Assembly: GCA_022844165.1 (NCBI GenBank)
Contig: JALHMH010000023.1
Span: 13,314 to 77,313, forward strand
Direction of reading: 5' to 3'
DNA length: 64,000 nucleotides
Source: Lysobacterales bacterium
GTDB lineage: Bacteria > Pseudomonadota > Gammaproteobacteria > Xanthomonadales > SZUA-5
Shown piece after piece: positions 28,807-39,143 of the stretch. How positions within the stretch are numbered: position 1 is the first letter of the stretch; each line of letters begins with the position of its first letter. A program made the position numbers and the translations under genes. The notes beneath the pieces are model-generated. The model was given only the letters and a program-made list of their open reading frames with translations. It was not told the DNA's origin and searched no databases.

Positions 28807-31800
28807 ATGGACACGACCAGGCGCCATCGCGGCGCGACGATGCGCGGCGCGATTGCGATCACCTTGCTGACCGCTGCAATTCAGTCGGCGCTGGCGCAAG
28901 CGCCGACTGCCAACGCACCGCCCGGCGCGGAGGCAGAGAAGACCGAATTAGACGCCGTGATGGTGGTCGGCTCGCAAATCAAGGGAGCAGCGACCACGGA
29001 GGCGCTGCCGGTGCTGCTCGTCGATCGCGATCAGATCGATTTGTCCGGTGCGTTGAGCGGTGACGAGTTGCTGCGCGAAATCCCCCAGATGGGCGATGTG
29101 CTTTTCGATGCATCAAATAACCCGCAGACCAGCAATGCTGCGCGGGGCGACGTCAATTCGGTCAACCTGCGCTCGCTGGGTGTCGGCAATACGCTCGTGC
29201 TGCTCAACGGCCGCCGCCTGGTGCAGCATCCGACCAGTCAAGGCACATCCGACACCGGCACCGTTCCGGTGCAGAGCTTCAACTCGAATTCTCTGCCCGT
29301 TGCGGGCCTTGAACGCCTCGAGATTCTGCTCGATGGCGCGGCGGCCATCTATGGCGCGGATGCGGTCGCAGGCGTGGTCAATACCGTGCTGCAGACCGAG
29401 TTCGACGGCGTTGGAGTGGGCGTGCAGTACGGCACAGCGGAAGGCACCGGTATGCAGGAATACGAGGCCAACGTCTTCGCCGGCAAGACCTTCGATACCG
29501 GCAATATCTCGCTGTTCGTCAACTACACCGACCGCTCGGCGCTGGATGCTGATGACCAGGAATTTACGCGCTCCGACGACTTGCGCCCGCTGTTCGCGGA
29601 CGATCCGAATTTCGCCAGCGTTGCCGCGCTCGATGGACGCTCATCGAACACGCCGTGGGCGCGGTTGTCTGTGGGCACGCGGCCCGTCATCCGCACCAAC
29701 GGTACAGCGGTGACCAACACCGCCGGTGCGTTCCGCGTGCAGCCGACCAGTTTTGGTTGTGCCGGTGGCATCAACTATGGCACCGGATTGTGCCTGCTCA
29801 GCGGCAACCACAACTTCAACTCGACGAATCGCGAGATGCGTTACGACACGCGCTACCTGACCACAGTGCGGCCATCGGTGGAACGCATCAACACTTATAT
29901 GACCGGGCATCGCGAGCTTAACGACGACGTCGAGTTCTTCGGCGAAATCGGCTACTACCGCGCGCAGAGCGAAGCGCTTCAGCCGCCGGTGGTGAACCTC
30001 AACGCGATCTGGGTCCCCGCCAGCAATTACTGGAATCCGTTCGGGCCGGTGACTTTTGCCAACGGCAGCACCAATCCAAATCGACTGCCGGGATTGACCA
30101 ACGTGCCCACCACCGGGCTGCCGGTATTGCTGAGCAACTATCGGTTTGTCGACGCAGGGTTTCAGACGGTTGAGGTCGAGAATTGGCAATCGCGATTCCT
30201 GGGCGGCTTGCGCGGCAACTGGCGAGGATTCGACTGGGAATCGGCGCTGGTCTACTCGGAAGCGGAAGCCATCGACCGCTCGCCCAACATCAATCGCACG
30301 TTGCTGCAACAACAGCTGGCGCTATCGACGCCGGATGCCTACAACCCATTTAGCGGCGGCTGCGTGGACACGCCTACATTTGGCGATTGTTCGCCGAGTT
30401 CGCAGGCAGCGATCGACAATATCGGCTTCATGCTGGAGCGCAAATCGCGAACCACGCTGAGCATGGCGGACTTGCGCATGAATCGCTTCGATCTCTGGCA
30501 GAACCGGGCGGGCGATGTAGGCATCGCTTTCGGTGTCGAAGCGCGCCGCGAAACCCAGCGCGATGACCGCGATGAGAACCTCGACGGCACCATCCAGTTC
30601 ACCGATGTCGTGACCGGTGTAACCCAGCAGAGCAACGTGGCCGCGGTCAGTCAGAACCCCGACACCGAGGGTTCGCGCAACGTGGCGTCGGCCTATGTCG
30701 AGTTTGCCGTGCCGCTGGTCGCGCCGGAGATGGAAATTCCGCTGGTATACAACGTCAATGTGCAGTTGGCAGGCCGTTACGAGAACTACTCGGATTTCGG
30801 ATCGGTTGCTAAGCCGAAACTTGCGGTCGCCTGGGATCTGGCGCCGGGTTATCGGATGCGTGGTTCGTTTTCGGAGGGCTTTCGCGCGCCGAACCTGGAG
30901 CAAACCAATGCCACCCAATACGCGCGACTGGCCAGCGGCATCGACTATGTGCGTTGCGAGGCCGAGCGCCGCCGCGGCGTGATCGCTTCATTCGGCCAAT
31001 GCGCGCAGACCACCTCAGCCCTGTCGCTGCTGGTGTCCGGCAACCCGTTACTGGAGCCCGAGGAGAGCAAGAATCTCTCGTTCGGTTTCGTCTTCCAACC
31101 CGATTTCATTCCACCCGAGTACGGCGAATTCACCTTCACTGTTGATCGCTGGCGCATCGAGCAGGAGCAGATCGTCGGCTTGCTGGGCGCGCAGACGGCG
31201 TTGATCGTCGATTATCTCAATCGGGTGGGCGGAGGCATCAATCCATTGGTTGCCCGCGAGGCGCCAACGCCTGAGGACATTGCGCTGTTCGCTGGCACCG
31301 GCATCGCGCCAGTCGGTCGCGCCATTTCGGTCTCCGACGGCTTCATCAATCTGCAGCCGCAGAATGTCGAGGGCATCGATCTTGCGGCCGAGTGGCGGTT
31401 GCGACGCACGCGCTACGGCAACTTCACGGTGAGATTCAACGCCAGCAAGCTGACCGAGTTTACGCGCGATCCGGGCGACATCGTTAACTCGCTGTTCGAG
31501 GCGCGCGCGGCCGGCACCATTGATCCGCTGACGCCGCTACCCGATCCCACGCAGTTGATCGGTCAGAACGGCCGGCCGGAATGGCGCGCCAGCTCGTCCT
31601 TCATTTGGTCGCAGGGACCGTGGCGCGCTGGTCTTACCGCGCTGTACATGAGTTCTTTTGAGCAGGCCGCGCTCTTGGGGCTGGACGGTTCACCCTACAA
31701 GGTCGACCATCGCTTGACGTTCAATCTCTACGGCCAATACGAATTCGAAAGCGGCGCTGCGGTGCGCCTGGGTGTGCGCGATGTCACCGACGAAGGCCCC

Positions 31801-31884
31801 GCGTTAGCCGATGGCGGTTATCGCGGTTCGCTGCACAACCCCTGGGGACGATATTGGTATCTGGGCGCCAATCACAGGTTCTAA
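28807..31884 (+). CDS. TonB-dependent outer-membrane receptor
   Basis: Signal peptide, TonB-box-like DAVMVVGS, plug NLRSLG...TLVLLNGRR, GAAAIYGADAVAGVVN, C-terminal Phe (NHRF); GGAGG RBS. Confidence 0.95.
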   Translation: MDTTRRHRGATMRGAIAITLLTAAIQSALAQAPTANAPPGAEAEKTELDAVMVVGSQIKGAATTEALPVLLVDRDQIDLSGALSGDELLREIPQMGDVLFDASNNPQTSNAARGDVNSVNLRSLGVGNTLVLLNGRRLVQHPTSQGTSDTGTVPVQSFNSNSLPVAGLERLEILLDGAAAIYGADAVAGVVNTVLQTEFDGVGVGVQYGTAEGTGMQEYEANVFAGKTFDTGNISLFVNYTDRSALDADDQEFTRSDDLRPLFADDPNFASVAALDGRSSNTPWARLSVGTRPVIRTNGTAVTNTAGAFRVQPTSFGCAGGINYGTGLCLLSGNHNFNSTNREMRYDTRYLTTVRPSVERINTYMTGHRELNDDVEFFGEIGYYRAQSEALQPPVVNLNAIWVPASNYWNPFGPVTFANGSTNPNRLPGLTNVPTTGLPVLLSNYRFVDAGFQTVEVENWQSRFLGGLRGNWRGFDWESALVYSEAEAIDRSPNINRTLLQQQLALSTPDAYNPFSGGCVDTPTFGDCSPSSQAAIDNIGFMLERKSRTTLSMADLRMNRFDLWQNRAGDVGIAFGVEARRETQRDDRDENLDGTIQFTDVVTGVTQQSNVAAVSQNPDTEGSRNVASAYVEFAVPLVAPEMEIPLVYNVNVQLAGRYENYSDFGSVAKPKLAVAWDLAPGYRMRGSFSEGFRAPNLEQTNATQYARLASGIDYVRCEAERRRGVIASFGQCAQTTSALSLLVSGNPLLEPEESKNLSFGFVFQPDFIPPEYGEFTFTVDRWRIEQEQIVGLLGAQTALIVDYLNRVGGGINPLVAREAPTPEDIALFAGTGIAPVGRAISVSDGFINLQPQNVEGIDLAAEWRLRRTRYGNFTVRFNASKLTEFTRDPGDIVNSLFEARAAGTIDPLTPLPDPTQLIGQNGRPEWRASSSFIWSQGPWRAGLTALYMSSFEQAALLGLDGSPYKVDHRLTFNLYGQYEFESGAAVRLGVRDVTDEGPALADGGYRGSLHNPWGRYWYLGANHRF

Positions 31885-31993
31885 AATCGCGTTGCGATGG
31901 TGAAGTGTCTGCCGCTCTGACCTTCGCAGCGCGCTCAATTTTGGCCGGGTGGCATGGCCGCTCGCCGCAGCAATTGGGCAGAGGCTCTTCCGT

Positions 31994-33316
31994 ATGACAA
32001 ATCTGCTGGCGAAGTCCGAACACACAGGCACGGCTGCTTCAATCAGGCCTGGCGCTTGGCGCGTGGCAATCGGTTGCGCGTTGGCGATCATGATGGCGGC
32101 GCCTGTCGGTGCGGCGAAATTCAAACGAACGAAATGCCCGGATTCGATTCGGGCGGTTGCGGCCTGCCATGAAGCTCGCGATGCACAGGGCGCGTTTGTA
32201 CTGGTCGCACAACCGCTGGAATGGAACGGGCGATTGGTCGTGCATGCCCACGGCGGCCCGCGCCTGGATGCGCCCAGGTCCGGCGATTCGGCTCAAGATC
32301 TCGAGCGCTACGCAGCGATCGTGAGAGCCGGGTATGCATGGGTCGGCAGCACCTATCGGCGTGGCGGTTATGGCGTGCGCATGGCGGCGGCCGATGTGGA
32401 GCGCAGTCGCAGGCTATTTCTGAAGCACTTCGCCAAGCCCCGGCGCGTCCTGCTGCATGGTCAATCGTGGGGCGGGAATATCGCGGCCAAGCTCGCCGAA
32501 CTGCATGCGTTGGACAGCAAGGGCCGACCGCGCTACGACGCGGTATTGACGACCAATGGTGTTTTGATGGGTGGCACCAAAGCTTACGGATTCCGCGCCG
32601 ATCTGCGTGTGATCTGGCAGCACTTCTGTGGCAACCACCCCCGACCGGAAGAAAAGCAGTACTCGCTGTGGCAGGGCTTACCGATCGGCGTGCAGATGTC
32701 CCGGGAGGAACTGGATCGACGCATCGAAGACTGCACCGGACTGTCGAGGGCGAATACTCGTTCCCCACAGCAGTCGGAGCGTCTGCGGCAGATACTGGCG
32801 GTCAGCGGCGTTGCCGAACCGCAGTTGGCCAGCCACCTGGCCTGGGCCACGTTCCACTTTCGGGATCTCGTTCGCAAGCGCCTCGATGGGCGCAATCCAT
32901 TCGATAACCGCCGAACCGTTTATCGCGGCTCGACCGACGATAGCGCACTGAACGCTGCGGTACAGCGCTTCGACGCCGATCCCGCGGCACTCGCCAAACT
33001 CGCATACGACGCCGATCTGTCAGGCTTGATCGTACTGCCAACATTGAATGTGCACGCTGCCGGCGATCGGGTCGTTTCGCCAAACGCGCTCGGAGCCTAT
33101 GCAGAGACAGTCCAGCATGCCGGGCGGGCCCATCTGTTGGCCCAGGTCCTTACCCGAGAGTCGGACCATAGCCGATTGCGCGACTCAACCTACCTGGCCG
33201 CACTTCGCGCGATCGAGCACTGGCTCGATACCGGTCGGCGACCGGAGGTTTCAATGGTCATGCAGTTTTGCGAGACCCTGCGCGATTCCGCCTCGTGCGA
33301 TTTTGCGTCACCCTGA
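31994..33316 (+). CDS. Secreted alpha/beta-hydrolase
   Basis: Signal-like segment; oxyanion HAHGGP, nucleophile elbow GQSWG, candidate Asp (AAGDRVV) and His (SDHSRL); start uncertain. Confidence 0.8.
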   Translation: MTNLLAKSEHTGTAASIRPGAWRVAIGCALAIMMAAPVGAAKFKRTKCPDSIRAVAACHEARDAQGAFVLVAQPLEWNGRLVVHAHGGPRLDAPRSGDSAQDLERYAAIVRAGYAWVGSTYRRGGYGVRMAAADVERSRRLFLKHFAKPRRVLLHGQSWGGNIAAKLAELHALDSKGRPRYDAVLTTNGVLMGGTKAYGFRADLRVIWQHFCGNHPRPEEKQYSLWQGLPIGVQMSREELDRRIEDCTGLSRANTRSPQQSERLRQILAVSGVAEPQLASHLAWATFHFRDLVRKRLDGRNPFDNRRTVYRGSTDDSALNAAVQRFDADPAALAKLAYDADLSGLIVLPTLNVHAAGDRVVSPNALGAYAETVQHAGRAHLLAQVLTRESDHSRLRDSTYLAALRAIEHWLDTGRRPEVSMVMQFCETLRDSASCDFASP

Positions 33317-33401
33317 CGGAACCGGCGGCAAGCTCACTACCCGCTGGCCGAGCAGCAGAGAGTCTGGGGCGGCCGGCGTGATCCGTAGATTGACAATGCC
33401 G

Positions 33402-33640
33402 CTAGCGTCCTTGATGAAGCTGGATCTTGTCATTTGAGTCTGTTTCTTAGGAGCGGCTTTGGCTTTTGCAGCCCCTTAAGTTAAGGGGGTGAGACTCGCC
33501 GCTGACACGCCGCAGGCGTGTGCAGAGTCGAACGCCCGGCGGCTGCGCCGCTGGGCCGGAAATGCGAAGCGCGGGTTGTGGCAAGTTCGGTGTCTGGCGA
33601 AGCCAACAATGCTCGGCGGTCTGAGGCGAAGCCTCGCTAG
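33402..33640 (+). repeat. Full-length copy (B) of the CTAG-bounded repeat
   Basis: CTAGCGTCCTTGATGAAG...CTGAGGCGAAGCCTCGCTAG. Confidence 0.92.
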
Positions 33641-33704
33641 CGTTTCCCTTTACACTTCCCCGCGCCGGCTTGACACTTCGTTCTATTGCCAGATGGGTTC
33701 CCCA

Positions 33705-34889
33705 ATGAACAAACTACCCCTTTGCCTGATCGCCATCGCCGCGGCGCCTGGCGCTTTTGGCCAGTCTGCTTTCAACTTGCGCGACGCTCTGCGGGGCCCG
33801 GCGCCGTCAGCTGCGGCTGTCGAATCGCGTTACATCGATGTCAATTCCTCCGCGCTCCGCGCCGAAGCGAGTTCGCTACGATTGCCGCTCTTGGATCGCG
33901 AGGTGTTGGCCGACCGAACCTCTGCCATGGTTCGCGCAGACGGGCGTCTGAGTTGGCAAGGCGTGGTGGATGGCGATCCCGGGCAGCAGGTGTCGTTGAC
34001 CTTCGACGGTGAACATCTGGCCGGGTATGTCAGTGTTGCCGATGGCATTTACGAAATCACGCCTTCGCCCGTGGGCAACGTGCTGATGCGCATCGACACC
34101 GAGCGCTATCCGCCCTGTGCCGGCGCCGTGCCGGCAGTTGCGATGCCAGATTTCCGCGATAAGGCGCTACGCGGTCCCAAGGGCAACGCGAGCGAAATGG
34201 ATGTGTTGATCGTGTTTTCGCCGGGCACCGTTGCACAGCTGGGCAGTCAGGCAGCCGCACAGACTTTCGCGCAGCAAGCCGTTGATTCGGCGAATTTGTC
34301 GTATACCAACAGCCAGATGAGTGCGCGGATGCGGCTCGTCGGTGTGCGATTCACGACGCGCGTCGATTCTGGTTCCTCGTCGACGGACTTGTCCTGGATC
34401 CGCAACGATCCTGAAGTGGCGGGCTGGCGCAATGAAGTCGGCGCCGACATGGTCGGCATGATCGCCGAATTCAGCAACGCCTGCGGACAAGGGTATCTGA
34501 TGAGCAATCCGGGCGCCGGATTTGCGCCGAGCGCATATCAGGTCACGGCGCGCAACTGCGCGATCGGTAACCTCACGTATGCGCACGAGCACGGCCATAA
34601 CATGGGCATGATGCATAACCCGGAGGCGGGCGGCAGTGGCGCTTATCCGTATGCCTTTGGTCACTACATCAACGGTAACTATCGCACGGTGATGAGCTAC
34701 TCGACATCGTGTCCCGGCGGCTGCACGCGGCGGCCGTATTTTTCCAACCCCAACGTGAGTTTCAGCGGGCAACCCACCGGCATTGCCGACCAGCGCGACA
34801 ATGCACGCACTGGCAATCAAACGGCCCCGATCGTTGCGCTATTCCGAGGTCCATTGCCTGACGCCATGTTTGCGTCCGGTTTCGAGTAG
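33705..34889 (+). CDS. Secreted reprolysin-like (M12) zinc metallopeptidase with C-terminal GFE motif
   Basis: Signal peptide, prodomain, HEHGHNMGMMH zinc motif, Met-turn TVMSY, ends DAMFASGFE. Confidence 0.92.
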   Translation: MNKLPLCLIAIAAAPGAFGQSAFNLRDALRGPAPSAAAVESRYIDVNSSALRAEASSLRLPLLDREVLADRTSAMVRADGRLSWQGVVDGDPGQQVSLTFDGEHLAGYVSVADGIYEITPSPVGNVLMRIDTERYPPCAGAVPAVAMPDFRDKALRGPKGNASEMDVLIVFSPGTVAQLGSQAAAQTFAQQAVDSANLSYTNSQMSARMRLVGVRFTTRVDSGSSSTDLSWIRNDPEVAGWRNEVGADMVGMIAEFSNACGQGYLMSNPGAGFAPSAYQVTARNCAIGNLTYAHEHGHNMGMMHNPEAGGSGAYPYAFGHYINGNYRTVMSYSTSCPGGCTRRPYFSNPNVSFSGQPTGIADQRDNARTGNQTAPIVALFRGPLPDAMFASGFE

Positions 34890-35001
34890 TCGTTGCGGGA
34901 GACGGGAGACGTTGTGCCCGTGAGCCAACGGCAACGCGCTACCAAGCCACCCGCTTTTGGCGAGGCCTGTGCCCCGCAATGGCTGTTGCCGATAGCGCCG
35001 G

Positions 35002-35110
35002 CTGGAGTCCTTGATGAAGCTGGATCTTGTCATTTGAGTCGCGGGTTGTGGCAAGTTCGGTGTCTGGCGAAGCCAGCAATGCTCGGCGGTCTGAGGCGAA
35101 GCCTCGTTAG
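35002..35110 (+). repeat. Internally deleted copy (C) of the CTAG-bounded repeat
   Basis: Both ends nearly identical to copy B, with about 130 bp of the middle missing (...catttgagtc|gcgggttgtg...). Confidence 0.92.
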
Positions 35111-36432
35111 GAATCGATCAATGCCACACGAGCTGCTTCGATCGCCGCCCGGTTCGGCGCGGCGTCGATCAGAGCTTGTAACTCCGGCGCCATCTCGCCC
35201 TTGAGAAACCCGGCTATCGCCGCACCAGCATCGCGCGCCTCCGCATAAGCCGGTCCTACAAGCAACACTTCGCCATCGGCGTCTTGCAGTTTGAAGAAGA
35301 ACTGCGCGCCCTCCTTGTACTGCACGATGCGCGGACCTTTGGCTTTTTTGTCCGACCTCTTGCCGCTGTTGTGCGTTGCCGTCAGAGGCCGCAAACCGAC
35401 GGCATCGCGCATTCTCTTGAGCAGCTCTTGCGCACGAGGACGCAAGCTCATCGCTCCGCGCTGCAAGATCGCCTCGATCGCTTCTGGCGCTGCCATCAGC
35501 GCATCGAAGCGTGCGCGCGCTGGAGCGATTTCCTGATCGATACGCTCGAAGACACGCTGTTTGGCTTCGCCCCAGGCGATGCCCGCGGCGTATGCGGCGC
35601 GCATCGCCGCTGTTTCATCGGCACTCGCGAAGGCCTGGTAGAGCGCGAACAGCGAGGAGCTTTCCGGATCCTTGGCTTCGCCCGGCAGCTGGCTGTTGGT
35701 GACGATCGCGAAGATGGCTTCTCTGAGCGCCTTTGGACTGGCGAACAACGGGATGACGTTATCGTAGCTCTTGCTCATCTTGCGCCCATCGGTACCGGGC
35801 AAAGTCGCCGTGGTTTCGTCGATTTGCGCTTCTGGCAAAGTCAAGATCTCGCCGTAACGATGGTTGAAACGCTGGGCGAGGTCGCGCGCGATTTCGATGT
35901 GCTGAATTTGATCTTTGCCGACCGGCACACGATGTGCGTTGAACAACAATATGTCGGCGGCCATCAGCACCGGATACAGGTACAAACCCATTTCGATTCC
36001 GGCATCTTCGTCGTCGCCGCGTTCGCAGTTCTGATCGACCGCCGCCTTGTACGCATGCGCCCGATTGAGCAGACCCTTAGGCGCCACGCATGCCAGCAGC
36101 CACGTCAACTCGGTGACTTCGGGAATGTCGGACTGTCGATAAAAGTGTGCGACGTCAGGATCCAGACCCAGCGCCAGCCAACTGGCGGCCACTTCCAGCG
36201 TAGAGCGATGCACGCGGGTCGGATCGGCGCTGCCGGCCAGGGCATGATAGTCAGCGAGAAAGTAGAACGATTCGACGTTCGGCAGCCGGCTGCTCAGAAT
36301 CGCTGGACGAATCGCACCAACATAGTTGCCCAGATGCGGCGTGCCCGTGGGCTTGATGCCGGTGAGAACGCGGTCGATTGACGATGAGCGAAGCTCACGA
36401 TGCGCAACGATCTGAGGCGAAGGCTCGCTCAT
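35107..36432 (-). CDS. trpS: Tryptophan--tRNA ligase with C-terminal extension
   Basis: LTGIKPTGTPHLGNY, YPVLMAADIL, VPVGKDQ, KMSKS. Confidence 0.97.
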   Translation of the reverse strand: MSEPSPQIVAHRELRSSSIDRVLTGIKPTGTPHLGNYVGAIRPAILSSRLPNVESFYFLADYHALAGSADPTRVHRSTLEVAASWLALGLDPDVAHFYRQSDIPEVTELTWLLACVAPKGLLNRAHAYKAAVDQNCERGDDEDAGIEMGLYLYPVLMAADILLFNAHRVPVGKDQIQHIEIARDLAQRFNHRYGEILTLPEAQIDETTATLPGTDGRKMSKSYDNVIPLFASPKALREAIFAIVTNSQLPGEAKDPESSSLFALYQAFASADETAAMRAAYAAGIAWGEAKQRVFERIDQEIAPARARFDALMAAPEAIEAILQRGAMSLRPRAQELLKRMRDAVGLRPLTATHNSGKRSDKKAKGPRIVQYKEGAQFFFKLQDADGEVLLVGPAYAEARDAGAAIAGFLKGEMAPELQALIDAAPNRAAIEAARVALIDS

Positions 36433-36494
36433 GATGATTCGATCCTGATGGCCGAAGCTGCCGAGGGCCTTTCCAGCATGAGAGCAGGGAAGAC

Positions 36495-36570
<76 letters not shown>

Positions 36571-36596
36571 AAAGGAACCCCCGAAGAGGGTCGCGA

Positions 36597-36625
36597 AGTT
36601 TAGGCAACTGCGCTGCGCGGGGCAA
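36597..36625 (-). promoter_or_regulatory. Putative sigma70 promoter for tRNA-Lys
   Basis: TTGCCC-17 nt-TAAACT on the minus strand just upstream of the tRNA. Confidence 0.55.
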
Positions 36626-36661
36626 GCTGCGCGCTTGAGCATTCACTCGTTCGCTTCAGCT

Positions 36662-37918
36662 TCAGTTGCGTACGTGATAGTCGCCTTCCACCACCCATTG
36701 GTAGCTCGTGAGCTCGCGAAGGCCCATCGGCCCGCGTGCGTGAAGTCGCTGTGTGCTGACGGCGACTTCGGCACCGAGCCCCATCTCGCCGCCGTCGGTG
36801 AACCGCGTGCTCGCGTTCCAATACACGGCAGCGGAGTCGACCTGCGACAAGAAATACGCCGCAAGTTCGCGATCGGCCGTCAAAATGCCGTCGGAATGAC
36901 CCGTGGAGTGTGTGTCGATAAAGCTCACCGCGGCCTGCGGGGAATCGACGACGGCAATACCGAGCGTTAACGACAGCCACTCGGTATCGAAGTCCTCCGG
37001 CCCGGCAGCGGTCACACCCGTAGCGCCCGCAACCAACGGCCACGCGCGCGGATCGCATCGGAACTGGACACTGTCCTCCGCCAATCGCGCCACAATGGCC
37101 GGGACCCATTTTGCAGCCGCTTCGCGTTGCACGAGGACCGTATCGAGTGCGTTGCACACCGTCGGGCGTTGCACTTTAGCGTTCTGGATCACCCGCAAAC
37201 CGGCGTCCAGATCCGCATCTGCCGCCACATACAAATGACAAATACCGATGCCACCGGTAATCACCGGAATGCGGCTTTCACGCCGACAGAACGTATGCAG
37301 CCCAGCGCCGCCGCGCGGAATGATGAGGTCGATACAATCGTCGCAGCGCAATAGGGCGAGCGTGTCGTCGCGGTCGGTCGAGTCGATCAGTCCGATCGCA
37401 TCGATCGGTAGCGCCACGGCGCTTAACGCTGCGCGAATGGCGGCTGCGAACGCACGATTGCTGTGTTGCGCCTCTTTGCCGCCGCGAAGCACGGCGGCAT
37501 TGCCGGACTTGATCGCCAGCGCCGCGATGTCGATCGCCACGTTCGGCCGCGATTCGAAAATGACGCCGAGCACACCCAGTGGCACGCGCCGTTTGTGCAG
37601 GCGCAATCCATCGTTGCGCTCAAACGCATCGAAGCGTTCGCCCAGCGGGTCGTCCAAGGCTGCAATGTGCAACACATCGCGCGCGATGCCAGCCAGGCGC
37701 GCGAGGTTGAGGCTTAGCCGATCGATCATGGCGGCCGCCAGTCCTGCCGTTTGTGCGGCCTCGATATCGAGCGCATTTGCCGCGAGTATTGCCGGCTGTT
37801 GCGCGTCGATCTTTGCGGCGAGCGCGCGCAAGAATCGATCGCGCTGCTCGCTGCTGGTGAGCTTGAGGCGTTTTGCCGCGTCCCGCGCAGCGGCGGCGAT
37901 AGTGCGTACGTCGCTCAT
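36662..37918 (-). CDS. proA: Glutamate-5-semialdehyde dehydrogenase
   Basis: VPLGVLGVIFESRPNV, LRGGKEA, IPRGG, VCNA, NASTRFTDGGEMGLGAEV, HARGPMGL. Confidence 0.97.
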   Translation of the reverse strand: MSDVRTIAAAARDAAKRLKLTSSEQRDRFLRALAAKIDAQQPAILAANALDIEAAQTAGLAAAMIDRLSLNLARLAGIARDVLHIAALDDPLGERFDAFERNDGLRLHKRRVPLGVLGVIFESRPNVAIDIAALAIKSGNAAVLRGGKEAQHSNRAFAAAIRAALSAVALPIDAIGLIDSTDRDDTLALLRCDDCIDLIIPRGGAGLHTFCRRESRIPVITGGIGICHLYVAADADLDAGLRVIQNAKVQRPTVCNALDTVLVQREAAAKWVPAIVARLAEDSVQFRCDPRAWPLVAGATGVTAAGPEDFDTEWLSLTLGIAVVDSPQAAVSFIDTHSTGHSDGILTADRELAAYFLSQVDSAAVYWNASTRFTDGGEMGLGAEVAVSTQRLHARGPMGLRELTSYQWVVEGDYHVRN

Positions 37919-39006
37919 AACAACACCAGATCGTCGCGGTGAATGAACTCGGCGCCAAAATCGTAACCGAGCGTGGATTCGATGTCCGCAGAGCGGCGTC
38001 CGGCGATTCGCTGCAAATCCTGCGCGTCGTAGTTGGCCAGCCCGCGCGCAATCGTACGCCCATCGAGCGCAAGCACGTTCACTGTGTCGCCCCGATCGAA
38101 CTCGCCATTCACTGTTTTCACGCCGACGGTCAGCAGACTCTTCCCGGCCGCGAGCGCCGCTTCCGCGCCGCCATCGATCACCGCGCCAACGCCGGTACGC
38201 AAACCTCCGAGGATGTAACGTTTGCGGGCATCGCGCGGCGGCGACAAGGCGACGAAACGTGTCGCACGTCCTTCGCCAGCGATCAATCGTGGAATCAATG
38301 CCGGATCGGCGCCATTGGCGATCACTACCTCAGTGCCTGCCCGCCGCGCGATGTCGGCGGCCCGCAGTTTAGTCAGCATACCGCCCGTTCCAAGCGCGCC
38401 GCTCTTGCCGCCAGCGCTTTTCCAGACAGCGTCCGGGATCTCGCCGCTGTCGATGCGCGGCAGTAGCAGCGCATCGCCGTGTGCGCGAGGATCCTTGTCG
38501 AACAATCCATCCTGGTCGGTCATCAACAGCAGCAGCTGCGCATCAACCAGGCCTGCCACCAATGCCGACAACTGATCGTTGTCGCCGACACGGATTTCTT
38601 CGGTCGCGACCGTGTCGTTTTCATTGACGATCGGCAGCACACGATGCTGAAACAGGGCGTCGAAGGTATGCCGCGCGTTCAAATAGCTGCGCCGCCGTTC
38701 GAGGTCCGTGCGTGTCAACAGCACCTGGGCGACGCGCTGCGTATAGTGACCAAAGAGCTCCGCGTACAGCGCCATCAACTGCGGCTGGCCGATGGCCGCG
38801 AGCATTTGTTTGGCCGCCACCGTGTGCCGCTCGGCATCGCCGAGCATGCGCCGCCCTGCGGCCACCGCACCGGAGCTGACCAAGACGACGTCATGCCCGG
38901 CACCGATCAATGCCGACAAAGTCCGCGCGTACTCAATCAGCCGCGGCGCATGCAGTGCGCCGCCTTGTGTCACCGTGGACGAGCCGAGTTTGATGACAAT
39001 GCGCAT
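37915..39006 (-). CDS. proB: Glutamate 5-kinase with PUA domain
   Basis: RIVIKLGSS, VSSGAV, PIVNENDTV, GDNDQLSA, GTGGMLTK, IHRDDLVL. Confidence 0.97.
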   Translation of the reverse strand: MRIVIKLGSSTVTQGGALHAPRLIEYARTLSALIGAGHDVVLVSSGAVAAGRRMLGDAERHTVAAKQMLAAIGQPQLMALYAELFGHYTQRVAQVLLTRTDLERRRSYLNARHTFDALFQHRVLPIVNENDTVATEEIRVGDNDQLSALVAGLVDAQLLLLMTDQDGLFDKDPRAHGDALLLPRIDSGEIPDAVWKSAGGKSGALGTGGMLTKLRAADIARRAGTEVVIANGADPALIPRLIAGEGRATRFVALSPPRDARKRYILGGLRTGVGAVIDGGAEAALAAGKSLLTVGVKTVNGEFDRGDTVNVLALDGRTIARGLANYDAQDLQRIAGRRSADIESTLGYDFGAEFIHRDDLVLL

Positions 39007-39143
39007 AACACTGAATTCGACGAAGACGCGTTAAAACTAGGCTAAGCGGTTAGAGGACGCAAAGCGCGTGCCCGCATATCGCCTCCGCCACGGCCGAAAT
39101 CAACCGCGGGCGAACCCAAGAATGTCCCAGACCCTGCGCTCTA

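Noticed and set aside
33489-33704. N-terminal extension of the peptidase and small ORFs within repeat copies (27100-27327, 34893-35204, 39100-39332, 12083-12472)
   Set aside because: Translations of the non-coding repeat; frames are not conserved between copies
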